Part shown: piece after piece, positions 36,230 to 45,155 of the stretch | How positions within the stretch are numbered: position 1 is the stretch's first letter | How the letters are laid out: every line of letters starts with the position of its first letter | Assembly (NCBI GenBank): GCA_902527485.1 | Contig: CABZPB010000001.1 | Coordinates: 1 to 53,434, forward strand | Length of the DNA: 53,434 nucleotides | Direction: 5' to 3' | From: an uncultured Pelagibacteraceae bacterium | GTDB lineage: Bacteria; Pseudomonadota; Alphaproteobacteria; Pelagibacterales; Pelagibacteraceae | Position numbers and translations under genes: made by a program | Notes under the pieces: model-generated | Seen by the model: the letters and a program-made list of their open reading frames with translations, nothing else | Database searches by the model: none | Told to the model about the DNA's origin: nothing

Positions 36230-36245
36230 ATACAACATATAGTTG
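36230..36245. promoter_or_regulatory. Candidate NrdR box
   Basis: ATACAACATATAGTTG matches the core of acaCwAtATaTwGtgt. A weaker copy (36199-36214) lies 31 bp upstream, and both precede nrdA. Confidence 0.65.
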
Positions 36246-36279
36246 TTTTCGTAATAACAACAAATTATATTAACAAAAT

Positions 36280-38220
36280 ATGAATAAAATATTATCGCAG
36301 GCCCTAAAGAAAGCTGTCTCTGAATATAGTCCCGAGGCAAGTCAAGCCGTAAAAAACAATAGACCAGATCTTTTTTCTCTAAACAATGAAACTGAGCTTT
36401 TTCAAAACGATAAAGGTATAATTATTAAAATTGACCGATCTAGAGACGCAAATCTGACTGATTTTGGTAAAGCAACTTTAAAAGACAGATATTTAGGACA
36501 GAATGAATCTTACCAAGATTTATTTGCGAGAGTAGCAAGCACTTATTCTGACGATAACCTGCATGCTCAAAGAATTTATAACTACATAAGTAATCTTTGG
36601 TTTATGCCTGCAACTCCAGTTTTATCAAACGGCGGGACTAAAAGAGGCTTACCAATTTCTTGTTTTCTTAATGAAGCCTCAGATAGCTTGAGTGGTATTT
36701 TGGATCTTTGGAGTGAGAACGTTTGGTTAGCTGCTAAAGGCGGGGGCATTGGAAGTTATTGGGGTAATCTAAGGTCTATTGGAGAAAAAATAGGAAAAGT
36801 TGGCAAAACTTCAGGAATCATTCCGTTTATAAAAGTAATGGATTCTTTAACAATGGCAATCAGTCAAGGTTCTTTAAGAAGAGGTTCGGCTGCATGTTAT
36901 CTTCCAATTGACCATCCTGAAATTGAAGAATTTATTGAAATGAGAAGACCAACAGGTGGTGATCCAAATAGAAAATCTTTAAACTTGCATCATGGAGTTT
37001 TAGTATCAGATGCATTTATGAGAGCTGTAGAAACAGATGAACAATGGCCACTTAAAAGTCCTGTTGATGGAACTATTCAACAGACTTTATCTGCTAGGAA
37101 CTTGTGGATTAGATTATTAACTGCAAGAATAGAAACGGGAGAACCATATATAATCTATATTGATACTGTTAATAGACAAATCCCTCAGCATCACAAATTA
37201 GCTAACCTTACAGTTAAAACATCTAATCTGTGTAGTGAAATAACCTTACCCACAGGGATTGATAAGGATGGACACGATAGAACAGCTGTTTGTTGTTTGT
37301 CCTCTTTAAATTTAGAAAAATATGATGAGTGGAAAGATGATCCTAATATGATTAGCGATGTAATGAGATTTTTAGATAATGTATTATCTGATTTTATAAA
37401 TAAAGCACCCGATCAATTTAAAGATGCCAAGTATTCAGCTGAAAGAGAAAGAAGTGTTGGTTTAGGCGTAATGGGTTTTCATTCTTTTTTACAAAAAAAT
37501 AGGATTCCACTTGAATCAGTGATGGCAAAATCTTGGAATAAAAAAATATTTAAACAAATTGATGAACAAGTTAATCAAGCATCAAAAGACTTAGCTAGAG
37601 AAAGAGGCGCATGTCCTGATGCTGCAGAATATGGATTTCAAGAAAGGTTTTCAAATAAAACTGCTATAGCTCCAACAGCTTCTATTTCAATTATTTGTGG
37701 TGGAGCATCTCCAGGAGTAGAACCTATTGCTGCTAATAGTTACACACACAAAACATTATCCGGATCATTTAATGTTAGAAATAGATATCTCGAAGAGATC
37801 TTAGATGGCCATGGTAAAAATAATGATGAAACATGGTCTACAATTACAACTAACCAAGGGTCAGTTTCACATTTAGATTTTTTAACTGATCTGGAAAAAG
37901 ATGTTTTTAAAACAGCCTTTGAGTTAAACCAGAAATGGATTATAGAATTAAGTGGTGATCGAACACCTTTTATTTCTCAAGCCCAATCAGTCAATTTATT
38001 TTTACCAGCAGACGTTCATAAAAAAGAATTACATAGAATTCATTTTGATGCTTGGAAAAAAGGTTTAAAAAGCCTTTATTACTGCAGATCAAAATCAATT
38101 CAAAGAGCTGAAAATATCAATGATGCTAAATCAACAGATGTTACAGCCAATGTATATAAATCCAAAAATAAACAACCAAACCAAGAACCAGAATACGAGG
38201 AGTGTCTATCATGTCAGTAA
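36280..38220 (+). CDS. nrdA: Ribonucleoside-diphosphate reductase class I alpha subunit
   Basis: PATPVLSN, ISCF, SNLCSEI (thiyl Cys), VCCLSS, APTAS, LYY and C-terminal CLSCQ motifs. Confidence 0.96.
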   Translation: MNKILSQALKKAVSEYSPEASQAVKNNRPDLFSLNNETELFQNDKGIIIKIDRSRDANLTDFGKATLKDRYLGQNESYQDLFARVASTYSDDNLHAQRIYNYISNLWFMPATPVLSNGGTKRGLPISCFLNEASDSLSGILDLWSENVWLAAKGGGIGSYWGNLRSIGEKIGKVGKTSGIIPFIKVMDSLTMAISQGSLRRGSAACYLPIDHPEIEEFIEMRRPTGGDPNRKSLNLHHGVLVSDAFMRAVETDEQWPLKSPVDGTIQQTLSARNLWIRLLTARIETGEPYIIYIDTVNRQIPQHHKLANLTVKTSNLCSEITLPTGIDKDGHDRTAVCCLSSLNLEKYDEWKDDPNMISDVMRFLDNVLSDFINKAPDQFKDAKYSAERERSVGLGVMGFHSFLQKNRIPLESVMAKSWNKKIFKQIDEQVNQASKDLARERGACPDAAEYGFQERFSNKTAIAPTASISIICGGASPGVEPIAANSYTHKTLSGSFNVRNRYLEEILDGHGKNNDETWSTITTNQGSVSHLDFLTDLEKDVFKTAFELNQKWIIELSGDRTPFISQAQSVNLFLPADVHKKELHRIHFDAWKKGLKSLYYCRSKSIQRAENINDAKSTDVTANVYKSKNKQPNQEPEYEECLSCQ

Positions 38221-39227
38221 CAGAAAAAATTAAAATGCCAAATAAAGAAATAGTTCAGCCAAAAAAAATGGGCTTACTAGTTGAAAACCCAGTTTACAAA
38301 CCTTTTAGATATCCATGGTGCTATGATGCATGGTTAACTCAACAAAGAATTCATTGGTTACCAGAAGAAGTGCCATTAGGTGATGATGTTAGAGATTGGC
38401 AAAAAAATCTAACACAATCAGAAAAAAATTTATTAACACAGATATTTAGATTTTTTACTCAAGCTGATGTTGAAGTTAACAATTGTTATTTAAGACATTA
38501 TACAACTGTATTTAAACCGACTGAAGTTTTAATGATGATGACTGCTTTTGCATCTATGGAAACAGTTCACATTGCAGCTTACTCTCATTTATTAGACACG
38601 ATTGGAATGCCAGAGTCAGAATATTCTGCATTCATGAAGTATAAAGAAATGAAAGATAAATATGATTACATGCAAAATTTTGACATGAGTTCAAAAGAGG
38701 ACATTGCAAAAACAGTTGCTGTTTTCAGTGCGTTCACTGAAGGCCTTCAACTCTTTGCAAGTTTTGCAATCCTTTTAAATTTTCCAAGACATAATAAAAT
38801 GAAAGGCATGGGTCAGATAGTTACTTGGTCTGTTAGAGATGAAACACTTCATTGTAATTCAATGATTAGAATTTTCAAAGAATTCATAAAAGAAAATCCA
38901 GAAATATGGAATGCAAAATTAAAAAAAGAACTTTATGAAGCTTGCAGAACTATTATAGAACATGAGGATGCTTTTATTGACTTAGCTTTTGAAATGGGTC
39001 CAATGGAAGGTTTAACTGCAAAAGAAGTCAAAGATTACATTAGATTTATTGGAAACAGAAGATTAGTTCAATTAGGTCTAGAGCCTATTTATGATGTTCA
39101 AAAAAATCCATTAGGATGGTTAGATACAATGCTAAATGCTGTTGAGCACATGAACTTTTTTGAGGGTCGTGCAACTGAATATTCTAAGGCATCAACCCAA
39201 GGAACTTGGGTAGAGGCATTTAGTTAA
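38211..39227 (+). CDS. nrdB: Ribonucleoside-diphosphate reductase class I beta subunit
   Basis: FFTQAD, ETVHIAAY (radical Tyr), EGLQLF, RDETLH and NFFEGRATEY motifs. GAGGAG SD precedes ATG 38211. Confidence 0.95.
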   Translation: MSVTEKIKMPNKEIVQPKKMGLLVENPVYKPFRYPWCYDAWLTQQRIHWLPEEVPLGDDVRDWQKNLTQSEKNLLTQIFRFFTQADVEVNNCYLRHYTTVFKPTEVLMMMTAFASMETVHIAAYSHLLDTIGMPESEYSAFMKYKEMKDKYDYMQNFDMSSKEDIAKTVAVFSAFTEGLQLFASFAILLNFPRHNKMKGMGQIVTWSVRDETLHCNSMIRIFKEFIKENPEIWNAKLKKELYEACRTIIEHEDAFIDLAFEMGPMEGLTAKEVKDYIRFIGNRRLVQLGLEPIYDVQKNPLGWLDTMLNAVEHMNFFEGRATEYSKASTQGTWVEAFS

Positions 39228-39270
39228 TATATAATCAAATTACATATTAATATCAAATGAGCATTGTCAT

Positions 39271-39573
39271 ATGTTTATAGCAATGAATAGATTTAAAATT
39301 GTATTAGGCAAAGAAGCTGAATTTGAAAAGATTTGGAGGGAAAGAGATACACACCTTCATGATGTAAAAGGTTTTAAAGAGTTCCATCTAGTTAAAGGTG
39401 AAAAAAATAAAGAATTTTCATTATATGCTTCTCATAGCATTTGGAATTCTAAAGACGATTTTATTAATTGGACTAAATCAGAAAATTTTAGATTAGCTCA
39501 TAAAAATGCAGGAAAACATAAAGATTTGTATCTTGGGGCTCCTAATTTTGAGGGTTTTGAAGTAGTAATTTAG
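39271..39573 (+). CDS. Antibiotic biosynthesis monooxygenase family protein (IsdG/HmuQ-like)
   Basis: MFIAMNRF and W.S...F..WTKSE.FR.AH give the Asn/Trp/His triad pattern. Confidence 0.82.
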   Translation: MFIAMNRFKIVLGKEAEFEKIWRERDTHLHDVKGFKEFHLVKGEKNKEFSLYASHSIWNSKDDFINWTKSENFRLAHKNAGKHKDLYLGAPNFEGFEVVI

Positions 39574-39603
39574 ATATATTTTAAAATTAATAAGGAGTGA
39601 AAT

Positions 39604-39789
39604 ATGAAAATATTAAAAGAATTAGATGATGCAAAATTAATAATCGTAGACTTAGAAGTAAGATTAGGAAAAGAGTTAAGAAGTGCTCCTACTTTATGTG
39701 CGAAGTATAAGGGAAAGATCATACCTCTAAATACTGCTCATGATGGTAGACCCATATTAATGAAAGAGGAAAATTCAATAGAAAACTAA
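39604..39789 (+). CDS. Small hypothetical protein (61 aa)
   Basis: AAGGAG SD; the ORF fills the gap between co-oriented genes exactly. Confidence 0.7.
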   Translation: MKILKELDDAKLIIVDLEVRLGKELRSAPTLCAKYKGKIIPLNTAHDGRPILMKEENSIEN

Positions 39790-39792
39790 ATT

Positions 39793-40182
39793 ATGATTGA
39801 ACAAGCTAGTATTTATTTAACGGCAATGGTCTTAGGAATTATGTTGTTTTTCTCATTTGTAATTGCTCCAGTAGTATTTACTACCTTGGATGAAGATAAT
39901 GCTCGAAAGTTTATAAGAAGAATATTTCCTTTCTATTATAATGTTAATCTAGGGATAAGTTTAATTGTTCTATTAGCATTTATATTTTTGAGTAAGTTAG
40001 GAGTTGATTTTTATTTGATATTTGCAATTAGCTTATTATTTGCTATATCAAACTATCTGTTAATGCCATTAATTAATAGGTATAGAGATGAAGGACAGGA
40101 CAAAAAATTTAAATATTCACATTTTATATCTGTAGTTATTAATTTTGTGCAGATGATTTTCTTAGTTTTATTACTCGTATAA
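39793..40182 (+). CDS. Membrane protein, DUF4149/TMEM205-like
   Basis: FVIAPVVF..L...A..F.R.IFP.YY and F...H..SV..N; four TM segments. Confidence 0.78.
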   Translation: MIEQASIYLTAMVLGIMLFFSFVIAPVVFTTLDEDNARKFIRRIFPFYYNVNLGISLIVLLAFIFLSKLGVDFYLIFAISLLFAISNYLLMPLINRYRDEGQDKKFKYSHFISVVINFVQMIFLVLLLV

Positions 40183-40201
40183 TGAAATCTCTGAAGACTA
40201 A

Positions 40202-41326
40202 TTATCTTTGATTTAAACGAATAACTTTTCTGTATTTATTACCTTTGTAGCTTGCAAGTGGTCGAATTAATTTATTTGCAGCATGTTGTTCAATGATATG
40301 CGCTGACCAACCTGTAATTCTAGAAATTACAAAAATTGGTGTAAAGAAATCAGTATCAAAACCCATTAAATGGTATGTAGGCCCTGTAGGATAATCTACG
40401 TTTGGGTGGATATTCTTTCTGTCGATCATCACTTTTTCAACTATGTCATAAATTTTCTCAAATTTTTTGTCTTTTTTAATTTGTGCGACTTTTCCGAAAT
40501 ACTCTCTCATTGTAGGAACTCTAGAATCACCACTTTTATAAACTCGATGACCAAATCCCATTACCACGTCCTTATTATCTAAAGCTTTATTAATCCATTT
40601 CAAAGCATTTTCAGGTTTTTTAATTTTGTTCATCATATGCATCACTTCTTCATTAGCTCCACCATGTAGAGGTCCTTTTAAACTAGCGATTGCTCCAGTA
40701 ATTGCCCCATGAATATCCGATAAACTACTTGTGATAGTCCTTGCTGTAAATGTTGATACATTAAAACTATGCTCAGCATATAAAATTAATGAAACATCAA
40801 AAGCTTTTACTATTTCTTTGCTAGGCACTTTTCCAAAACACATATGAAAAAAATTTTCAGAGAAGGAAAGTTTTTTTTTAGGAGTAATTACCTTTTTACC
40901 TTTTCTTATTCTATAAAATGCTGCTAAAGCAACGGGTGTTTTAGCAAAAATTCTCATTACTTTTCTCATGTTTGATTTTGGTGAATTGTCTTTGGTATCC
41001 TTATCCTCAAGACCCATTATACTAACAGCGGTCCTTGCAACATCCATAGGATGGGCTTTTTTTGGGAATTTTTTAATGTCATCCAATAAAGTTTTTGACA
41101 AATTTCTTTCTTTTCTCTCAACTTTTTCAAAAGCTTTTAATTGTTTTTTGTTTGGTAGTTCACCATTTAAGATTAAATAAGCAACTTCTTCAAACTTACA
41201 TTTCGCACATAAATCTTGAGCAGCATAACCTCTATAAGTTAAAGAGTTAATTTCTGGCATAACTTTTGAAACCTCTGTTTCATCAACAATTATTCCAAGT
41301 AGGCCTTTCTTAATATCATCACTCAT
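40202..41326 (-). CDS. prpC: 2-methylcitrate synthase
   Basis: LTYRGY, YAEHSFNVST, GPLHGGANE, GFGHRVY and PNVD motifs; in an operon with prpB and prpD. Confidence 0.92.
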   Translation of the reverse strand: MSDDIKKGLLGIIVDETEVSKVMPEINSLTYRGYAAQDLCAKCKFEEVAYLILNGELPNKKQLKAFEKVERKERNLSKTLLDDIKKFPKKAHPMDVARTAVSIMGLEDKDTKDNSPKSNMRKVMRIFAKTPVALAAFYRIRKGKKVITPKKKLSFSENFFHMCFGKVPSKEIVKAFDVSLILYAEHSFNVSTFTARTITSSLSDIHGAITGAIASLKGPLHGGANEEVMHMMNKIKKPENALKWINKALDNKDVVMGFGHRVYKSGDSRVPTMREYFGKVAQIKKDKKFEKIYDIVEKVMIDRKNIHPNVDYPTGPTYHLMGFDTDFFTPIFVISRITGWSAHIIEQHAANKLIRPLASYKGNKYRKVIRLNQR

Positions 41327-42222
41327 TATTCATGACCCTCTGTGTCAAAATTATAAATTTTTTCATCCAAACTATTATATTTTTCATAATCTACAAGATC
41401 ATATAATCGTTTTCTGGTTTGCATTTTATCAATAACGTTATTTTGATGTCCACTTGTATAAATGTCTCTTAAACCATCCTCAACATTTTTCATTGCTAAT
41501 CTCTGAGTTGTAACTGGATAAATAACTATATTATATCCAAGATTTTCTAATTCTTTATAGTTTAATAATTTGGTTTTTCCAAATTCAGTCATATTAGCTA
41601 GCAAATAACATGAAAGTTCTTTTCTAACTTTTTCAAAATCTTTTTCATTGTGAAGTGCTTCAGGAAATATAATCTCAGCACCAGCATTGATGTAAGCCTT
41701 ACATCTTTCAATCATTTTATCTATTCCCTCCACACTTTTTGCATCTGATCTTGCAATAATCTTAAAATTTTCATCTTTTTTTGCTGAAACACATTCTTTA
41801 ATTTTATTGACCATTTCATCAGTAGATATCAATTCTTTATTATCTAAGTGCCCGCATCTTTTTCTCTCGATTTGATCTTCAATGTGAACCCCAGTAATTC
41901 CAAATTCCTCAAAAGTTTCTATAGTTTCTTTACAAGATTTAAATCCAGTATCTATATCAACAATTGTAGGAAGATTAGTAACTCTGGAGATTAAATATGA
42001 TCGAGTGCTAACATCTTGTAAAGTAGTTAAACCAATATCTGGAAACCCCAGATCATTTGCCATAACACCACCTGAAACATAAACAGCATCATAGCCAATC
42101 TCTTCAATTAATTTTGCGGTAAGGGGATTATAAGCACCGGGTACTCTTAGTATATTTTTTGATTTTAATTTTTCAGATAAATCTTTTCTTTTTTGTATTG
42201 GTTCCTTTTCAACGAAATGCAT
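41326..42222 (-). CDS. prpB: 2-methylisocitrate lyase
   Basis: SGG, PDIG, DIDTGF, IEDQ, KRCGH, ARSD and NMTEFGKT motifs. Confidence 0.94.
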   Translation of the reverse strand: MHFVEKEPIQKRKDLSEKLKSKNILRVPGAYNPLTAKLIEEIGYDAVYVSGGVMANDLGFPDIGLTTLQDVSTRSYLISRVTNLPTIVDIDTGFKSCKETIETFEEFGITGVHIEDQIERKRCGHLDNKELISTDEMVNKIKECVSAKKDENFKIIARSDAKSVEGIDKMIERCKAYINAGAEIIFPEALHNEKDFEKVRKELSCYLLANMTEFGKTKLLNYKELENLGYNIVIYPVTTQRLAMKNVEDGLRDIYTSGHQNNVIDKMQTRKRLYDLVDYEKYNSLDEKIYNFDTEGHE

Positions 42223-43724
42223 TAAAAAATACCTCTTTTTAAATTTCTTTTAATTTTGTTTTTTTTTACAACAATATTTAATCTATCTAATTGACCAGGC
42301 TTCAATTTTTTTAAGTTTTGCACTGCTATTAAAAATCTGTCTATTTCTTTTTTATTTAATAGATTTTCTGTTAGAGTTAAAAATTTATTTATGTAATTTT
42401 TTCTTTTGAACGGTCTTGATCCGTAAGGGTGAGCATCAGCAACTCCTTGTTCTTCAGTGATTTTTTTTCCATTTTTTAAAGTTATTACAACCTTTGCACC
42501 GAATGCTTTTTTTTCAGGATTTGGATCATGATATTTTTTTGTCCACCTTTTATCTTCATGAGTTTTGATTGATCTCCATATTTTAATTGTACTTTTTCTT
42601 TTTGCCCTAGCTTTTGAAAAAGATTTAATGTGGTGCCAATTACCATCCTCTAAAGCTACAGCAAAAATGTACATTATTGAATGATCTAAAGTTTCTCTGC
42701 TTGCGTTTGGATCCATTTTTTGTGGATCATTTGCACCAGTGCCAATCACATAATGAGTATGGTGGCTGGTGTAGATGTCTATTTTCCTAATCTGATTAAA
42801 ATTTGAAACTTTCTTTTTAAGTTTTTTTGCAAGATCAATTAATGCTTGTGATTGATATTCAGCTGAATATTCTTTTGTATAAGTTTCAAGTATTGCTTTT
42901 TTAGTTTCATTCTTTTTTGGAAGTGGAACTTTATATGATGCTTTTTTTCCATCTAAAATTCTAGCTATAACACTATCTTCACCCTCATAAATTGGACTTG
43001 GTGCACCTTCACCCCTCATGACTCTATCAACAGCCTCTATAGCAAGCTTACCAGCATGTGCTGGCGCATAAGCTTTCCAACTTGAGATTTCTCCTTTTCT
43101 AGATTGTCTAGTTGAAATAGTTGTATGAAGAGCTTGCTGAACAGCTTGATATATTGTTTCTGTATTTAGTTTTAGCATTGATCCAATACCAGCAGCAACA
43201 CTTGGCCCTAGATGGGCTATGTGATCTACTTTATGTTTATGCAAACAGATCCCTTTTACTAAATTAACTTGAACTTCATAGGCAGTTATTATTCCCCTTA
43301 AAAGATCATTTCCACTTTTTTTATTTTGTTGTGCAACACTTATTAAGGGAGGAATGTTATCACCAGGATGGCTGTAATCAGCTGCTAAAAAAGTATCATG
43401 AAAATCAAGTTCTCTTACAGCTGTCCCGTTACTCCATGCTGCCCATTCACAATCAAATTTTAATTTACTGTTAACTCCAAATATTGTTGCACCATTCTTT
43501 CTTAAATGTTTTAAAGCCATTTCTCTTGATGAAACAACTGGATGTCTATTTAAAGAGGCTATTGCAACTGATGCATTATCAATAATTCTGTTAATTACCA
43601 TTTCTATTGCTTCCTTATCTAATTTTGCATTATCGCTGGCAATCTCAGCAATTTTCCAGGCCAACTGTTTTTTTTTGGGTAAATGGATTTTAGATGGAAA
43701 AACTTTTACGTTGTGTATGATCAA
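42222..43724 (-). CDS. prpD: 2-methylcitrate dehydratase (MmgE/PrpD)
   Basis: [24 protein letters not shown] and RETLDHS motifs; TTG start with AGGAG SD. Confidence 0.93.
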   Translation of the reverse strand: MIIHNVKVFPSKIHLPKKKQLAWKIAEIASDNAKLDKEAIEMVINRIIDNASVAIASLNRHPVVSSREMALKHLRKNGATIFGVNSKLKFDCEWAAWSNGTAVRELDFHDTFLAADYSHPGDNIPPLISVAQQNKKSGNDLLRGIITAYEVQVNLVKGICLHKHKVDHIAHLGPSVAAGIGSMLKLNTETIYQAVQQALHTTISTRQSRKGEISSWKAYAPAHAGKLAIEAVDRVMRGEGAPSPIYEGEDSVIARILDGKKASYKVPLPKKNETKKAILETYTKEYSAEYQSQALIDLAKKLKKKVSNFNQIRKIDIYTSHHTHYVIGTGANDPQKMDPNASRETLDHSIMYIFAVALEDGNWHHIKSFSKARAKRKSTIKIWRSIKTHEDKRWTKKYHDPNPEKKAFGAKVVITLKNGKKITEEQGVADAHPYGSRPFKRKNYINKFLTLTENLLNKKEIDRFLIAVQNLKKLKPGQLDRLNIVVKKNKIKRNLKRGIF

Positions 43725-43775
43725 AATAACTCCTAATAGAAAACTGTTCTAATATGTAAAAAAAAATAATCAATA

Positions 43776-44459
43776 TTAAAGATATTTTGCTACAATTTTT
43801 TCAACACCAATAAAGTCTTTTATTAAGTGATTGTGGTAAATTTCAGTAGTATTCTTTTCAGTATATCCATCTTCTAGTAAAATAACTGGTATCCCAGCCT
43901 CTTTTGCAGCATTAGCATCTGTCTCACTATCACCAATCATTAAAGTTTTTTTTAGATCTCCATTTAAAATTTCAACTACTGAGATCAAATGTCTTGGATC
44001 GGGTTTACAATAATCAAATGTATTGTGACCAGCAACATACTCAAAGAAATCGTAAATTCCGATTTTTTTTAAAAGATCAATTGCTAAATGCTCTTGTTTA
44101 TTTGTACAAACACCCATTGAAATTTTTTTTTCTTTTGACCATATTAGAAACTCTTTAACTCCATCAATTAGTTTACTATCATTTACTATATTTTTTCCAT
44201 AATAATCTACAAACTCTTTAACCATCTCTTTTTTAATCTTTTCATCTTGGACTTTTCCAAATTCTTTTTTAGCCTGACCCCATATAGATCTACCAAGCAT
44301 TGCACTAGCGCCTTGGCCTACCAAGTTTCTTATTTCCTCAGTAGATTTTGTTGGATATCCAAATTTATTCATCACATGATTATGGGCCCTCATTAAATCT
44401 GGCGCCGTATCTACCAATGTGCCATCTAAATCAAAAAGAATTGTGTAAATCTGTTTCAT
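43776..44459 (-). CDS. gph: Phosphoglycolate phosphatase (HAD family)
   Basis: FDLDGTLVDTAPDL, CTNK, KPDP and MIGDSETD motifs. Confidence 0.88.
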   Translation of the reverse strand: MKQIYTILFDLDGTLVDTAPDLMRAHNHVMNKFGYPTKSTEEIRNLVGQGASAMLGRSIWGQAKKEFGKVQDEKIKKEMVKEFVDYYGKNIVNDSKLIDGVKEFLIWSKEKKISMGVCTNKQEHLAIDLLKKIGIYDFFEYVAGHNTFDYCKPDPRHLISVVEILNGDLKKTLMIGDSETDANAAKEAGIPVILLEDGYTEKNTTEIYHNHLIKDFIGVEKIVAKYL

Positions 44460-44529
44460 TATAAAAGTATTTTTAAGAAATATTTTGTGAATTAAGAAAG
44501 GTATATACTTAATATAAATGATTTTCTAG

Positions 44530-45153
44530 ATGAAACAATTAAATTTACAAAAACTTCAAAATTCACTCAGAAAGAAATTTCTAAAATCTGGAGTAAAAAT
44601 GATTGCTCCAGAAACGATTTATTTTTCAAAAGATACTAAAGTTGGAAAAAATGTGACAATAGATCCATATGTAGTTTTCGGATCGAAAGTCAAAATTGGA
44701 AATAATGTCATTATCAAATCTTTTAGTCACCTAGAAAATTGTAAGATTGAGAATAAAGTAGAGATAGGGCCGTACGCAAGAATAAGACCAGGCACTACTT
44801 TAAAAGAAGGTTCTAAGGTTGGAAATTTCGTTGAAATAAAAAAAAGTACTGTTGGAAAAAAAACTAAGGTAAATCATTTAGCTTATGTGGGGGATACCAC
44901 AATTGGTAAATCAGCCAATGTTGGAGCAGGAACAATTACTTGTAATTATGATGGAATAAAAAAAAATAAAACTAAAATTAAAGATAATGTTTTTATTGGT
45001 TCTAACTCTTCTTTAGTTGCTCCACTAACTCTTGAAGAGAATAGTATAATTGGAGCAGGATCAGTAATTACAAGAAGCGTAAATAAAAAATCTTTAGCAC
45101 TTACAAGAAGTCAACAACTAGAAATTAAAAATTATAAAATAAAGTCTAAATAA
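44530..45153 (+). CDS. glmU: GlmU-like glucosamine-1-phosphate N-acetyltransferase (C-terminal domain only)
   Basis: GPYARIRP, GNFVEIKK, NHLAYVGD, GAGTITCNYDG and FIGSNSSLVAP motifs; directly upstream of glmS. No N-terminal uridylyltransferase domain. Confidence 0.88.
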   Translation: MKQLNLQKLQNSLRKKFLKSGVKMIAPETIYFSKDTKVGKNVTIDPYVVFGSKVKIGNNVIIKSFSHLENCKIENKVEIGPYARIRPGTTLKEGSKVGNFVEIKKSTVGKKTKVNHLAYVGDTTIGKSANVGAGTITCNYDGIKKNKTKIKDNVFIGSNSSLVAPLTLEENSIIGAGSVITRSVNKKSLALTRSQQLEIKNYKIKSK

Positions 45154-45155
45154 CT

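Noticed and set aside
39257-39270. ATGA-N6-TCAT palindrome before the ABM gene as an iron-regulator box
   Set aside because: The spacing does not match Fur/RirA-type TGA-N9-TCA, and the motif is short.
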